64,000 nt of DNA, taken from the NCBI GenBank assembly GCA_963707915.1, contig OY970178.1, positions 1,408,001 to 1,472,000 on the forward strand. Reading direction: 5' to 3'. Positions 23,253-37,940 of this stretch are shown one piece after another. The notes below the pieces were generated by a model that saw only the letters and a list, made by a program, of their open reading frames with translations, was not told the origin of the DNA and made no database searches. This DNA comes from Candidatus Eiseniibacteriota bacterium. Lineage in GTDB: Bacteria; Eisenbacteria; RBG-16-71-46. Within the stretch, counting starts at the first letter, position 1. Each line of letters opens with the position of its first letter. The translations under genes were made by a program, and so were the position numbers.

Positions 23253-25421
23253 ATGCGGACCCCCCGGAAGCTCGCCTCGATGGAACAGGCGGCCGTGAGC
23301 GTGGCCCACCGGTTCCCCTGGCGGCTGTTCCTCTCCATCGTCGTGGTCGCCGTCTTCGGCGCGGCCGGCGCCACCTTCGGCGTGGTCCAGTGGCTGCGCC
23401 GCGACCTGCCTTCGCCCGAGCAGGTCACCACGCTCCAGACCCCGGTCAAGACGACGGTGTACGACGTGCGCGGCCGGGTGCTCCACGAGTTCTACAAGGA
23501 GAACCGCTCGCCGGTGGCGCTGCGCCGGATCCCGCGCAACCTCGTCAACGCCACGCTGGCGACCGAGGACCGGAGCTTCTACGACCACTGGGGCGTGGAC
23601 CTGTGGGGGATCGCGCGTGCCACGGTCAACAACGCGATGCACCTGCACGCCATGCAGGGCGGCAGCACCATCACCCAGCAGCTGGCCCGCAACCTGTTCC
23701 TGACCCACGAGCGCACGCTGACCCGCAAGCTCAAGGAGGTCGCCCTCGCCATCGAGCTGGAGCGCGATTACTCGAAGGACCAGATCCTGGAGATGTACTT
23801 CAACCAGATCTACTTCGGGGAGGGTGCCTACGGGGTGGACGCGGCGGCGCGCACCTTCTTCGACAAGCCGATCCAGCAGCTCACGCTTTCCGAGTGCGCG
23901 CTGCTCGCCGGGATCCCGGCGAACCCGAGCCTCTACTCCCCGCGGCGCCGCGCCCGGGCCGCGCTGGCGCGGCGCGCCAAGGTGCTGCGCAACATGCTGG
24001 AGACGCGCGCCATCACGCAGGTGGAGTTCGACCGCGCCACGGGCGAGCCGCTGGGGGTCACGGCGGCCCGCTGGAGCAACGACCGCGCGCCCTACTTCGT
24101 CGAGATGGTGCGCCTGCACCTGGACGAGCGCTACGGCTCCAACGCGGTCTACGAGGGCGGGCTCAAGGTCTGGACGACGCTCGACATGGACCTGCAGCAG
24201 ATCGCCGAGCGGGCCCTCGACCGCCAGCTGTCCGCGCTCGAGACCGAGTTGAAGCCGCGCTTCACGCGGGCCGGGTTCACCCCGCACCAGGCGCCGGTCG
24301 CCGGCACCCAGCAGAACACCCCCTACCTCCAGAGCGCCTTCGTGGCGCTGGACACGCGCAGCGGGCAGGTCCGCGCGCTGATCGGCGGCCGCGACTGGAA
24401 CCAGAGCAACTTCAACCGCGCCGTGCAGGCGCAGCGGCAGCCCGGCTCGTCGTTCAAGCCCTTCGTCTACACCGCGGCGATGGACAACGGCTTCAAGCCC
24501 ACCGACATCGTGGTGGACGCGCGCGTCTCGTTCCCGGGCGGGGCGGACGGCAAGCCCTACGAGCCGCGCAACTACGACCACCAGTACCGCGGGCCGGTCA
24601 CGTTGCGCTACGCGCTGCAGCAGTCCATCAACATCCCGACCATCAAGCTGCTGCGCCAGGTGGGCGTGGCCCAGGTGGCGAGCTACGCGCGGCGCATGGG
24701 GATCATGAGCCCGCTCGGCCAGAACCTCTCGCTCGCGCTCGGCAGCAGCGAGGTCAACCTGCTCGAGTTGACCGCCGCCTACGCGGTCTTCGCCAATCGC
24801 GGCATCCGCAACGACCCGATCCTCATCCTCAAGGTCGAGGACCGGGCCGGCAACGTCCTCGAGAAGAGCGCCCCGCGCCCGGTGGAGGTGCTCTCCGAGG
24901 AGACCGCCGCGGTGATGACCTCGATGCTGCGCAGCGCGCTCGACCACGGCACCGGCTACTCGGCGCGCGCGCGCGGCTTCACCCTGCCCGCGGCGGGCAA
25001 GACGGGCACCATGGACGAGTACATGGACGCCTGGTTCGTGGGCTTCATCCCGAGCATGGTCGCCGGCGTATGGGTGGGCTACGACGACAAGCGCGTCATC
25101 GGCCCCGGCATGACGGGCGCGCGCGCGGCGCTGCCGATCTGGACCGACTTCATGATGGAGGCGACACGCGGCCGGCCGGCGGAGGACTTCCCCGAGCCGG
25201 TGGGCATCGCCACGCGCCTGGTGTGCACGGAGAGCGGGATGCTGGCCACCGACGCCTGCCCGCACGTCACGAACGAGAACTACAGCGTCGGCTCGGAGCC
25301 GACCGAGTACTGCACCCAGCACCCGGGCGCGCCGCTCGATCCCACCTCCCCGGAGATCGTGCCGCCGCCCGACGAGGCGCCCTCGGACGCCTCCGAGCCC
25401 CCGGCCCCGCCACCCCGCTAG
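23253..25421 (+). CDS. mrcA: Class A penicillin-binding protein (PBP1A family)
   Basis: TM anchor; [29 protein letters not shown]; transpeptidase [16 protein letters not shown]. Start may be 23253 or 23280. Confidence 0.93.
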   Translation: MRTPRKLASMEQAAVSVAHRFPWRLFLSIVVVAVFGAAGATFGVVQWLRRDLPSPEQVTTLQTPVKTTVYDVRGRVLHEFYKENRSPVALRRIPRNLVNATLATEDRSFYDHWGVDLWGIARATVNNAMHLHAMQGGSTITQQLARNLFLTHERTLTRKLKEVALAIELERDYSKDQILEMYFNQIYFGEGAYGVDAAARTFFDKPIQQLTLSECALLAGIPANPSLYSPRRRARAALARRAKVLRNMLETRAITQVEFDRATGEPLGVTAARWSNDRAPYFVEMVRLHLDERYGSNAVYEGGLKVWTTLDMDLQQIAERALDRQLSALETELKPRFTRAGFTPHQAPVAGTQQNTPYLQSAFVALDTRSGQVRALIGGRDWNQSNFNRAVQAQRQPGSSFKPFVYTAAMDNGFKPTDIVVDARVSFPGGADGKPYEPRNYDHQYRGPVTLRYALQQSINIPTIKLLRQVGVAQVASYARRMGIMSPLGQNLSLALGSSEVNLLELTAAYAVFANRGIRNDPILILKVEDRAGNVLEKSAPRPVEVLSEETAAVMTSMLRSALDHGTGYSARARGFTLPAAGKTGTMDEYMDAWFVGFIPSMVAGVWVGYDDKRVIGPGMTGARAALPIWTDFMMEATRGRPAEDFPEPVGIATRLVCTESGMLATDACPHVTNENYSVGSEPTEYCTQHPGAPLDPTSPEIVPPPDEAPSDASEPPAPPPR

Positions 25422-25543
25422 GCGCCCGGCCGGGAACCCGGGCCCGAGGCCGGCCCCCGGCCTTCCCGCCCGGGCCGGCTTTCGCTAGAGTGGGGGTCCA
25501 CAGTCGCGACAGGGCCGCCTGGTCCGCGTGTGAAGGGAGCCCC

Positions 25544-27095
25544 ATGTCCGACGACAAGCGTCTCGCCGACCTCCGTGACCGCAAGCGCCGCCTCCTCGAC
25601 GGGGGCGGGCGCGAGAAGATCGAGAAGATCCACGCCCAGGGCCGGCTCTCCGTCCGCGAGCGGGTCACCGCGCTCTGCGACCCCGGCAGCTTCACCGAGC
25701 TGGGCGTGTTCGTCACCCACCGCTGCACCGACTTCGGGATGGAGCAGCGCAAGGTCACCGGCGACGGCGTGGTGTGCGGCGCCGGCCGCGTCGACGGCCG
25801 GCAGATCTACGTCTTCGCGCAGGACTTCACGGTCTTCGGCGGCACGCTGTCGGAATCGAACGCCCGCAAGATCTGCGACGTGATGGACCTGGCGCTGCGG
25901 ACCGGCGCGCCGCTGATCGGGCTGAACGACTCGGGCGGGGCGCGGATCCAGGAGGGCGTGGCGAGCCTGGGCGGCTACGCCGAGATCTTCTACCGCAACA
26001 CGCTCGCCTCCGGGGTCGTGCCGCAGATCTCGGCGATCTTCGGCCCGTGCGCCGGCGGCGCGGTCTACTCCCCCGCCATCACCGACTTCATCCTCATGGT
26101 CAAGGAGACCAGCCACATGTTCGTCACCGGCCCGAACGTGATCAAGGCCGTGACCAACGAGGAGGTCTCGTTCGAGGAGCTGGGCGGGGCGCTGCACCCA
26201 CAACTCGCGCTCGGGCGTCGCCCACTTCGCCACCGAGGACGACCTCGACTGCATCGCCACGATCCGCCGGCTGCTCTCCTACCTGCCCCAGAACAACGCC
26301 GAGGACCCGCCCGTGACGGCCTCCGCGGACGACCCGGAGCGGCGCGACCCCGAGCTCGCCACCATCGTCCCGGCCGAGCCGAACCAGCCCTACGACATCA
26401 AGGCGGTGGTCACCCGCGTGATGGACCAGGGCTCCTTCCTCGAGGTGCACGAGCACTTCGCGAAGAACCTGGTGGTCGGCTTCGCGCGGCTCGACGGGCG
26501 GAGCGTCGGCGTCGTGGCGAACCAGCCGAACGCGCTGGCCGGGGTGCTCGACATCAACTCGTCGGTCAAGGGGGCCCGCTTCGTCCGCTTCTGCGACGCC
26601 TTCAACCTCCCGCTCGTGACCTTCGAGGACGTGCCCGGCTTCCTCCCGGGGACGGCCCAGGAGTGGGGCGGGATCATCCGCAACGGCGCGAAGCTGCTCT
26701 ACGCCTACTGCGAGGCCACCGTGCCCAAGCTCACGGTGGTCACGCGCAAGGCCTACGGCGGCGCCTACGACGTGATGAGCTCGAAGCACATCCGCGGCGA
26801 CTACAACGTGGCCTGGCCGTCGGCGGAGCTGGCCGTGATGGGGGCCGACGGGGCGGTCCAGATCATCTTCCGCCGGCAGATCGAGGAGGCGGCCGACCCC
26901 GCGGCGGAGCAGAAGCGCCGCGTCGCCGAGTACAACGAGACCTTCGCCAATCCCTACGTGGCCGCCTCGCTGGGCTACCTGGACGACGTCATCGAGCCCA
27001 CCGAGACCCGGCCCCGGCTGATCGCCGCGCTGCGCATGCTCGAGAACAAGCGGCAGACCCGCCCGCCGAAGAAGCATGGCAACATCCCCCTCTAG
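25544..27095 (+). CDS. pccB: Acyl-CoA (propionyl-CoA) carboxylase carboxyltransferase subunit; +1 frameshift at about 26195
   Basis: [37 protein letters not shown] in one frame; [29 protein letters not shown] in the next. Removing one C from CTG-C-ACC restores [15 protein letters not shown]. Confidence 0.9.
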
Positions 27096-28636
27096 CCCCG
27101 CCGCCCGCCGTTCGCCGGGCCCCCTGGCGGGTCGCCGCGTCCTGGTGGCGAACCGCGGGGAGATCGCCTGCCGCATCCTGCGCGCCGTCCGCGAGGAGGG
27201 CGCGCTCGGCATCGCCGTCTACTCCGACGCCGACCGCAGCGCGCTGCACGTGAGCCTGGCCGACGAGGCCCACCGCATCGGGCCGGCCCCGGTGGCCGCA
27301 GAGCTACCTCGACGCGGATGCCATCCTCGCGGCGTGCCGCAGCTCGCGCGCCGAGCTGCTCCACCCCGGCTACGGCTTCTTCGCCGAGAACGCGGACTTC
27401 GCCGAGGCGGTCGAGCGCGCCGGCATCATCTGGGTCGGCCCGCCCCCCGGCGTGATCCGCACCATGGGCGACAAGCTCGCGGCGCGGCGCACGATCGAGG
27501 GGACCGGCGTGCCGCTGGTCCCGGGCACCGGGGCGCTCCCGGCCGACCCGGAGGTCGCCCACGCCCGCGCGCTGGAGCTCGGCTACCCGGTCCTCGTCAA
27601 GGCCGCCTTCGGCGGCGGCGGCCGCGGCATGCGGCGCTGCGCCGACCGCGCCGCGCTGGTCGCCGCGCTGGACCTGGCGCGCCAGGAGGCCGCCCGCGCC
27701 TTCGGCGACGCCACGATCTACCTGGAGAAGCTCATCCCGCGACCGCGCCACATCGAGATCCAGGTCCTGGCCGACCGCCACGGCAACGTGATCCACCTCG
27801 GCGAGCGCGAGTGCTCGATCCAGCGCCGCCACCAGAAGCTGCTCGAGGAGAGCCCCACCCCCGCGCCCTTCCCCGGGCTGCGCGAGCGGATGGGCGAGGC
27901 GGCGGTGGCGATCGCGCGCGGCGTCGGCTACGTGAACGCCGGCACCATCGAGTTCCTGGTGGACCCCGAGGGGCGCTTCCACTTCCTCGAGATGAACACC
28001 CGCCTGCAGGTCGAGCACCCGGTGACCGAGCGGGTGGTCTCGTTCGACATGGTCCACCGCCAGCTGCGCATCGCGATGGGCGAGCCGCTCGACCGCCGGC
28101 AGGAGGACATCCGCTGGCGCGGCCACGCGATCGAGTGCCGCATCAACGCCGAGGACCCGGAGCACGGCTTCGCCCCCTCCACCGGGCGCATCGTCGCCCT
28201 GCACCTGCCGGAGGGCCCGGGCGTGCGCAACGACGTCGGCATCATGGTGGGCAGCGAGGTCGGCGCGCACTACGACCCGCTGCTCGGCAAGCTCATCGTC
28301 TGGGCGGAGAATCGCGAGGAGGCGATCGCCCGCGCCCTGCGCGCCCTGCGCGAGTACCGCGTCGCCGGCGTGCAGACCAACATCCCGTTCCACCGCTGGC
28401 TGCTCACCCACCCGCGCTTCGCCCGCGGCGAGACCGACACCGCGTTCCTCGAGGAGGAGTACCGGCCCGACGCGGTGGCCCGCGACCGCGAGGAAGTGAC
28501 CGCGATCGTGGCCGCCGCCTGGGCCGCCTACCACGCCGCCCCGGCGCGCCCGGACCCGCGGCCGGCCGCGGCGGGCTCGGCGTGGCGGCAATCCGGGCGG
28601 CCGGGCGCCGCGGGAGGATCGACCGGATGGCGCTGA
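27076..28636 (+). CDS. accC: Biotin carboxylase subunit; +1 frameshift at about 27299
   Basis: [12 protein letters not shown], then after the shift SYLD...[44 protein letters not shown]. Confidence 0.9.
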
Positions 28637-29210
28637 GCGGCGGATGGCGCGAGTACCTGGCCGTGGTCGGCGACCGGCAGCGGCTGGTCCGCATCGAACC
28701 GGAAGGCGAAGACCTGCGGCTGCGCATCGACGGCGAGGAGTTCATGGTCGGCTGCGAGACCACCGTGGGCGGCGAGCTGTGCCTGCTGATGAACGGGCGC
28801 CCGCAGGTGCTCCACGTGCGCTCCGAGGCGCCCGGGCGGTACCGCGTCTCGCTGGCCGGGGGCGAGACCCTGGTCGAGTTGCGCGACCCGCTGGCGGCCC
28901 GGTTGGCGTCCGCGGCCCCGGGCGCGACCATCCGCCAGGCGCGCGAGATCGAGATCCACGCGCCCATGCCGGGCGTGGTGTTCGCCGTGCATGCGCGCGA
29001 GGGCGACGAGGTGGCGGCGGGCACGCCGCTGGTCGTGCTCGAGGCCATGAAGATGCAGAACGCCCTGGCGAGCCCGGCCGCCGGCGTCGTCCGCCAGGTG
29101 CGGGTCGCGCCCGGGCAGACGGTGGACGGCGAGGCGCTGCTGGTGGTGCTCGAGCGGCTCGACCTGCCGCGCGCGCCGGGCGCGGCCGCGCCGCCCGAAG
29201 GGGGAGCGAG

Positions 29211-29214
<4 letters not shown>
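28627..29214 (+). CDS. Biotin carboxyl carrier protein
   Basis: APMPG...LEAMKMQN biotinylation motif; overlaps the neighbouring genes. Confidence 0.88.
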
Positions 29215-30849
<1,635 letters not shown>

Positions 30850-30901
30850 CGGCCACCCGGGGCTCGGGCCGGAGCCCCGGGAGCATTCCCGGAAGGGGAC
30901 C

Positions 30902-31300
30902 ATGAAGATCGATCACATCGGGATCGCCGTCGCGGACATCGAAAGCGCCATGGCGACCTACGCCGGCGCGCTCGGGTTGCGGCCCGGGCCGGTCGAGGAG
31001 GTCGCGGGCCAGGGCATCCGTGCCCACCACCTGGCGGTCGGAGAGTCGCAGATCGAGCTGCTCGAGTCCCTCGACGAGGGCTCGGCGGTGGCCCGCTTCC
31101 TCGCCCGGCGGGGCCCGGGCATCCACCACATCGCCTTCGCGGTGGAGGACTTCGACGGCGCGCGGGCGCGGTTGATCGCGTCGGGGAGCCGGCCGCTCGG
31201 CGAGCCGTCGGTGGGCGCCGGCGGGAAGCGGATCCAGTTCTTCGACCCGCGCTCCACCGGCGGCGTGCTCATCGAGATCTGCGCGAAGGGGACCGCGTGA
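30902..31300 (+). CDS. mce: Methylmalonyl-CoA epimerase
   Basis: [28 protein letters not shown] (VOC fold) in a mutase operon. Confidence 0.92.
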   Translation: MKIDHIGIAVADIESAMATYAGALGLRPGPVEEVAGQGIRAHHLAVGESQIELLESLDEGSAVARFLARRGPGIHHIAFAVEDFDGARARLIASGSRPLGEPSVGAGGKRIQFFDPRSTGGVLIEICAKGTA

Positions 31301-32124
31301 CGGACATCGGCGGCATCCAGGTCGGCATCCACGACCACGGCTTCTACCGGCTCGACGGCGGGGCGATGTTCGGCTCGGTCCCCCGGGCGATCTGGTCGGG
31401 CCTCATCCCGCCCGACGGCGACAACCGCATCCGTCTCGCCACCAACTCCCTCATCCTCGAGACCGGCGGTCGGCGCTTCCTGGTGGACGTCGGCTGCGGG
31501 GACAAGTGGACCGACAAGCTGCGGCGCATCTACGGCGTCGACCCGGTCGCACCGGTGCCCGACGCCGCGAGCGTCACCGACGTCATCCTGACGCACCTGC
31601 ACTTCGACCACGCGGGCGGCATCTCGCGCTTCGTCCCGGGCACCGCGGGGGAACTCGAGCCCGCCTACCCCGGCGCGCGCGTGCACCTGCAGGAGGCCAA
31701 CTGGGACGTCGCCCGCGCCCCCGGCCCGCGCGAGCGCGCGAGCTACCTGCCCGAGAACGTCGCCGTGCTGGAGCGGGCCCCGCTCGTGCTGGCCCGCGGC
31801 AGCGCCGAGCTGGTTCCCGGGCTGTGGGTGCACCGCTCCGACGGGCACACGCGCGGGCTGCAGTGGGTCGAGATCCGCGGCCAGGGCGCGACCGTCGCCT
31901 TCCCGAGCGACCTGATCCCGACCTCGCGCCACCTGCCCGTCCCTTACGCGATGGGCTACGACATGCACGTCGAGCTGCTGCTGGAGGAGAAGGCGGAGTT
32001 CCTGCGCCGCGCGGTCGCCGGGGACTGGATCGTCGTGTTCGTGCACGACCCGGACGTGCCGGCGGCGCGCATCCGGGTGGACGAGCGGGGGCACTATGCG
32101 GTCCGTGAAGCCGTCGCGCTGTGA
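31297..32124 (+). CDS. MBL-fold metallo-hydrolase (YtnP-like)
   Basis: LDGGAMFGSVP, THLHFDHAGG, GHTRG, MGYD, HDP. Confidence 0.88.
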   Translation: MTDIGGIQVGIHDHGFYRLDGGAMFGSVPRAIWSGLIPPDGDNRIRLATNSLILETGGRRFLVDVGCGDKWTDKLRRIYGVDPVAPVPDAASVTDVILTHLHFDHAGGISRFVPGTAGELEPAYPGARVHLQEANWDVARAPGPRERASYLPENVAVLERAPLVLARGSAELVPGLWVHRSDGHTRGLQWVEIRGQGATVAFPSDLIPTSRHLPVPYAMGYDMHVELLLEEKAEFLRRAVAGDWIVVFVHDPDVPAARIRVDERGHYAVREAVAL

Positions 32125-32163
32125 GCCGCGCGTGACGCGCGGCCGCTCGGAGGGCCGCCCCGC

Positions 32164-33148
32164 GTGAGCGGCGCCCCCACGGTCGGGCGTGGGCTCGACG
32201 CGGCCCTCTGGGAGGCCTTCTCCCGGGGCAGCCGGGTGGCCTGCGCGCGGCTCATCAGCCTGGTCGAGGACCGGCCGGACCTCGTCCCGGAGATCCGGGA
32301 CCACCTGGCCCCGCGCCGCGGCGGCGCGATCCGCGTCGGCATCACCGGCCCGCCGGGCGTGGGCAAGAGCACGGTCACCGCCGCGCTCGCGCGCCGCTCG
32401 CTTGCGGCCGGCCACACGGTCGGCGTGATCGCCGTGGATCCCTCGAGCCCCTTCACCGGCGGGGCGTTCCTCGGCGACCGCGTGCGCATGCAGGGGCTGA
32501 TCGGCGACGACCGCGCCTTCATCCGCTCGATGGCGAGCCGCGAAGGCCACGGCGGCCTCTCCCCCGCCACGCCTCACGCGGCCGAGGTCTTCGACGCGTT
32601 CGGGATGGACCGCATCTTCATCGAGACCGTCGGGGTCGGGCAGGCGGAGCTGGACGTGATGACCTGCACCGACCTGATCGTGCTCGTGCTGCAGCCCGGC
32701 ACCGGGGACGTCATCCAGGCCCTCAAGGCCGGCATCATCGAGGCCGCCGACCTGCTGCTGGTCAACAAGTCCGACCTGCCGGGCGCCGAGACGCTGCTCG
32801 ACTCGCTGCGCTTCCTCTACGAGATCGGCGGCCGTCCCGGGGACGTCGCCGCCCCGCCGGTGCTGACCGCCTCCGCGCTCCAGGACCAGGGCCTCGACGA
32901 GGTCTCCGCCGGGATCGAGCGGTTGATCGAGCAGCACTCCACGTCCGGGCGGTTCCGCGACCGGCAGCGGCAGCGGCTCGAGGCGGACCTCAAGGCCGCG
33001 ATCCAGCAGGACCTGTGGGAGCGCTTCTCGGGCCTGACCGACGCGCCCGCGCGATTGCGGGCCGCGGCGGAGGCCCTGCTCGACGACGGCCGATCGCCCT
33101 ACCCCTTCATCCGCGCCATCGGCGCCCGTGTCCGAATGGAGATCGACG

Positions 33149-33162
<14 letters not shown>
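32164..33162 (+). CDS. meaB: Mutase-associated GTPase MeaB/ArgK
   Basis: GITGPPGVGKST, AVDPSSPFTGGAFLGDRVRM, ETVGVGQ, VNKSD. Confidence 0.94.
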
Positions 33163-34801
<1,639 letters not shown>

Positions 34802-34850
34802 TCGTAGCCGATCCTCGCCAGAGGGCGATCATCCGCGAAGGGAGCGCACG

Positions 34851-35258
34851 ATGGGCGTCGAGAAGATCAAGGTCGTCATCGCGAAGCCGGGGCTCGACGG
34901 CCACGACCGCGGGGCCAAGGTGGTCGCGCGCGCGCTGGTCGAGGCCGGGATGGAGGTCGTCTACCTCGGCCTGAGGCAGACGCCGGAGTCGGTCGTCAGC
35001 GCCGCGATCGAGGAGGACGCCGACGTCATCGGCCTCTCGATCCTCTCGGGCGCGCACATGACGCACTTCGTCCGGATCAAGCAGTTGATGGACGAGAAGG
35101 GCCTCGGCGACCGCCTGCTCACTGGCGGCGGCATCATCCCCACCGCGGACCAGGAGAAGCTGACCGCCCTCGGCGTGGGCCGCGTCTTCGGTCCCGGCGA
35201 CGACCCGCAGGCGATCGTCGAGTACATCCGCGGGTGGCACGCGGGGCGGAAGGGGTGA
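34851..35258 (+). CDS. Cobalamin-binding small subunit of acyl-CoA mutase
   Basis: [10 protein letters not shown] (DxHxxG), [14 protein letters not shown]. Confidence 0.93.
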   Translation: MGVEKIKVVIAKPGLDGHDRGAKVVARALVEAGMEVVYLGLRQTPESVVSAAIEEDADVIGLSILSGAHMTHFVRIKQLMDEKGLGDRLLTGGGIIPTADQEKLTALGVGRVFGPGDDPQAIVEYIRGWHAGRKG

Positions 35259-35341
35259 GCGGGCGCCGGGGCTGACTCCGCTGCCAGAGTCGGCGCACGG
35301 CTTCGGGACGCGAAACGCGGAGCGGGACCTCGACGGCGGTC

Positions 35342-37777
35342 CTAGTTCAGGAGCACGACCCGGCGCGCCGCGCTCGTCCCGGGGCCGACGAGCCGGACGA
35401 AGTACACGCCCGCGCCCAGCCTTGCGCCGGAGTCGCTGACACCATCCCAGGAGGCCACCCCGGCCCCGCCCGGGCTCTCGCGGTCCACGAGCCGCCGCAC
35501 CCTGCGACCGCCGGCATCGTAGACGTCCAGCCGCACGCGGCCCGCGCGGGCGACGGAGTAGCGCACCGCGATCGACCCGCGCGCGGGGTTCGGCACCGGC
35601 TGACCGATGAAGCCCGCGAGCACGGGTGGCCCGCCGTCGTCCACGGCGGCGGCCGTGCTCCATTCGAGCGCAAGTACGTCGGCGAAGTAGAATGAGCCGT
35701 CGAATCCCCCGCAGACCAGCATGCGGTCCCGTACCGTGTCGTAGGCGGCGCCGTGCGAGACGCGCGCGTTCGGCAGCGTGCCGGTGGGCGCCAGTTGCGT
35801 CCACGCCGGCGTACCCGAGAGCGCGAGCGCCCAGACATCGTCGTAGGCGGCACCCGTGATGCCGTCGTTCCCCCCGAAGACGATCATGCGATCGCGCACC
35901 GGGTCGTAGATCGCCGTGTGCGCCCTGCGCCCGATCGGCGGGGTGCCGGTGGGCGTTATTGCCGTCCAGGTCGGCGTGTCCGAGAGCGAGAGCGCCCAGA
36001 CGTCGTTCAGGTAGGCGCCGGTGGCGCCTTCGTTCCCGCCAAAGACGATCATGCGATCGCGCACCGGGTCGTAGATCGCGCTGAGATACGTCCGCGCGCC
36101 CGGCGGCATCGCCGAAGGCGCCAGCAATTGCGTCCACGCCGGCGTGCCCGCCAGCGGGAGAGCCCAGACGGAGTTGCCCGGACCGGGGAAGAGGATCATG
36201 CGATCACGCACCGGGTCGTAGATCGTGCTGTGGGCATAGGATCCGCCCCACGGCACGGACGTCGTTTGCGTCCAGGCCGGAGGGTCGGTCAGCGACAGCA
36301 CCCAGACGTCGGTCAGAAGGACGCCAAAGGCGTCGAGCCCACCGGATATGACCATGCGCTGGCGAAGGGGATCGTACATCGCGGAGTGGAGCCAGCGCGC
36401 GCTCGGCGGCGTGCCGGTCGGAGCCTGCAGGCTCCAGCCCGGTTCGGAGCCGAGCGACAGGGTCCAGACGTCGTTCGGATACGTGTAGGACCCCGGGCGA
36501 CCACCGAATACCACCAGCCGGTCGCCGACCGGGTCCGCGATCATGCTCGCCCCCGTGCACTGCCTCGGGCCCAGGCGGGTCCAGGTCTGGGGGTCCGCCA
36601 GGGAGAACGCCCCGAAGTCGTCGAGGAACTGGGAACTGCCCCTGCCGCCGAACACCACCATCCGGTCGCCAGCCGGATCATAGATCGCGGCGTGGTCGTA
36701 GCGCGGGAGGATGCACCCGTCCGACGGAACGCAGACGGACTGCTGCAGCGTCGTCCAGGAGGGCGGGTCCGCCAGGGACAGCGCCAAGGTGACCACGTAG
36801 ACCACCGAGGAGCTGCGTCCACCGAAGACGACCATGCGATCCCGCACCGGGTCGTAGACCGCGACGGTCGCGTAGCGCCCGCTGGGACTCGTGCCGGACG
36901 GCGTCACCACCGACCAGGCGGGTGCGCCCCCGAGCGACAGCGCCCAGACGTCGTTGAGATCGGCCGACCCGGTCGTCCCCCCGAAGAGCACCATGCGATC
37001 CCGGACCGGATCGAAGATCGCGCTCATGAATCTCCGGGCGACCGGCGGCGTGCCGGTGGGCGACAACTGGGCCCAGGCTGGCGTCCCCGCCAGTGACAAC
37101 GCCCAGACCTCGTTGTTCAGCGGCTCGCCCCCGAACAGGACCATGCGGTCGCTCCCCGGATCGTAGACCCCCACCTGCGCGCACCGGCCGCCCGGCGGCG
37201 TGCCGGTCGGAGCGAGTTGCGTCCAGGTCGGCGGATCCTCCCCCAGCGAAAGGGCCCAGACGTCGGCGAGGTAGAGCCCGTCACCACCCTGCCGGGTCCA
37301 TCCTCCGAACACCAGCAGGCGATCACGCACCGGGTCGTAGACCGCGCTGTGGCCCCGGCGGACGGGCGGCGGGGTCCCCGCGGTGACCAGCGGGAGGCAA
37401 CGCGGCGGCCCCGCCAGGGGCAACACCCACACGTCGTTGAAGAGCGTGGTCTCGGCGACCGCAGACCATCCCCCGAACACGATCATGCGCTGGCGCACCG
37501 GATCGAAGGTGGCGCTGTGCCGTGCGCGTCCGGAGATGGTCAGCCGGGTCCACCCGCCATCCGCCTCGGTCGTTGTCGCCGCGCGCGCGGCGCGGGAAAC
37601 TGTTGCGCGGGAGATCGCGCCCCCGACCGGCGGCGCCCAGTCCTCGGAGAAGGCCGCCGCCCGCCCGGGCAACGAATCCGCGCCCCCCTGGGCGTGGACG
37701 GGTCCCGGGATCGCGAGCGCGAGGACCAGGGCGGGAAGGAACCGGGGGACTGGATGGATGCGCCGAGACCATCTCAT
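35342..37777 (-). CDS. Secreted Kelch-repeat protein (12 repeats) with C-terminal FlgD-Ig/T9SS-like domain
   Basis: Signal peptide ending VHA/Q; 12 copies of R..H.A.YDPVRDRM.VFGG...DVW.L.L; C-terminus PVPNP...VYDAGGRRVRRL...WDG...GVYFVRL...VVLLN. Confidence 0.85.
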   Translation of the reverse strand: MRWSRRIHPVPRFLPALVLALAIPGPVHAQGGADSLPGRAAAFSEDWAPPVGGAISRATVSRAARAATTTEADGGWTRLTISGRARHSATFDPVRQRMIVFGGWSAVAETTLFNDVWVLPLAGPPRCLPLVTAGTPPPVRRGHSAVYDPVRDRLLVFGGWTRQGGDGLYLADVWALSLGEDPPTWTQLAPTGTPPGGRCAQVGVYDPGSDRMVLFGGEPLNNEVWALSLAGTPAWAQLSPTGTPPVARRFMSAIFDPVRDRMVLFGGTTGSADLNDVWALSLGGAPAWSVVTPSGTSPSGRYATVAVYDPVRDRMVVFGGRSSSVVYVVTLALSLADPPSWTTLQQSVCVPSDGCILPRYDHAAIYDPAGDRMVVFGGRGSSQFLDDFGAFSLADPQTWTRLGPRQCTGASMIADPVGDRLVVFGGRPGSYTYPNDVWTLSLGSEPGWSLQAPTGTPPSARWLHSAMYDPLRQRMVISGGLDAFGVLLTDVWVLSLTDPPAWTQTTSVPWGGSYAHSTIYDPVRDRMILFPGPGNSVWALPLAGTPAWTQLLAPSAMPPGARTYLSAIYDPVRDRMIVFGGNEGATGAYLNDVWALSLSDTPTWTAITPTGTPPIGRRAHTAIYDPVRDRMIVFGGNDGITGAAYDDVWALALSGTPAWTQLAPTGTLPNARVSHGAAYDTVRDRMLVCGGFDGSFYFADVLALEWSTAAAVDDGGPPVLAGFIGQPVPNPARGSIAVRYSVARAGRVRLDVYDAGGRRVRRLVDRESPGGAGVASWDGVSDSGARLGAGVYFVRLVGPGTSAARRVVLLN

Positions 37778-37940
37778 GGTGCCTCCGAGGATGAGGCCCA
37801 GACGGACCGTTGGGGCGCGAGCGAGAGCCGCGCCGGACCCTATTCTACACCCTGGAGCCACCGCTTCCATCACCGCTCTGCCCCTGCGGCCGCCGGCTGG
37901 CCACGGTCGGGTCGCTCGCCGCCCCTCCCGCGCCCCGCCC

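Noticed and set aside
22595..27253. 1552-aa ORF and other long shadow ORFs (62..2140, 23238..25322, 41948..44368, 46739..49489)
   Set aside because: These are off-frame or antisense readings in high-GC DNA that overlap well-supported genes. Only the pccB part of 22595..27253 is real.
35700..37520. Regularly spaced DNA repeats resembling a CRISPR array
   Set aside because: They are in-frame Kelch repeats about 150 bp apart with degenerate codons, and there are no cas genes in the window.
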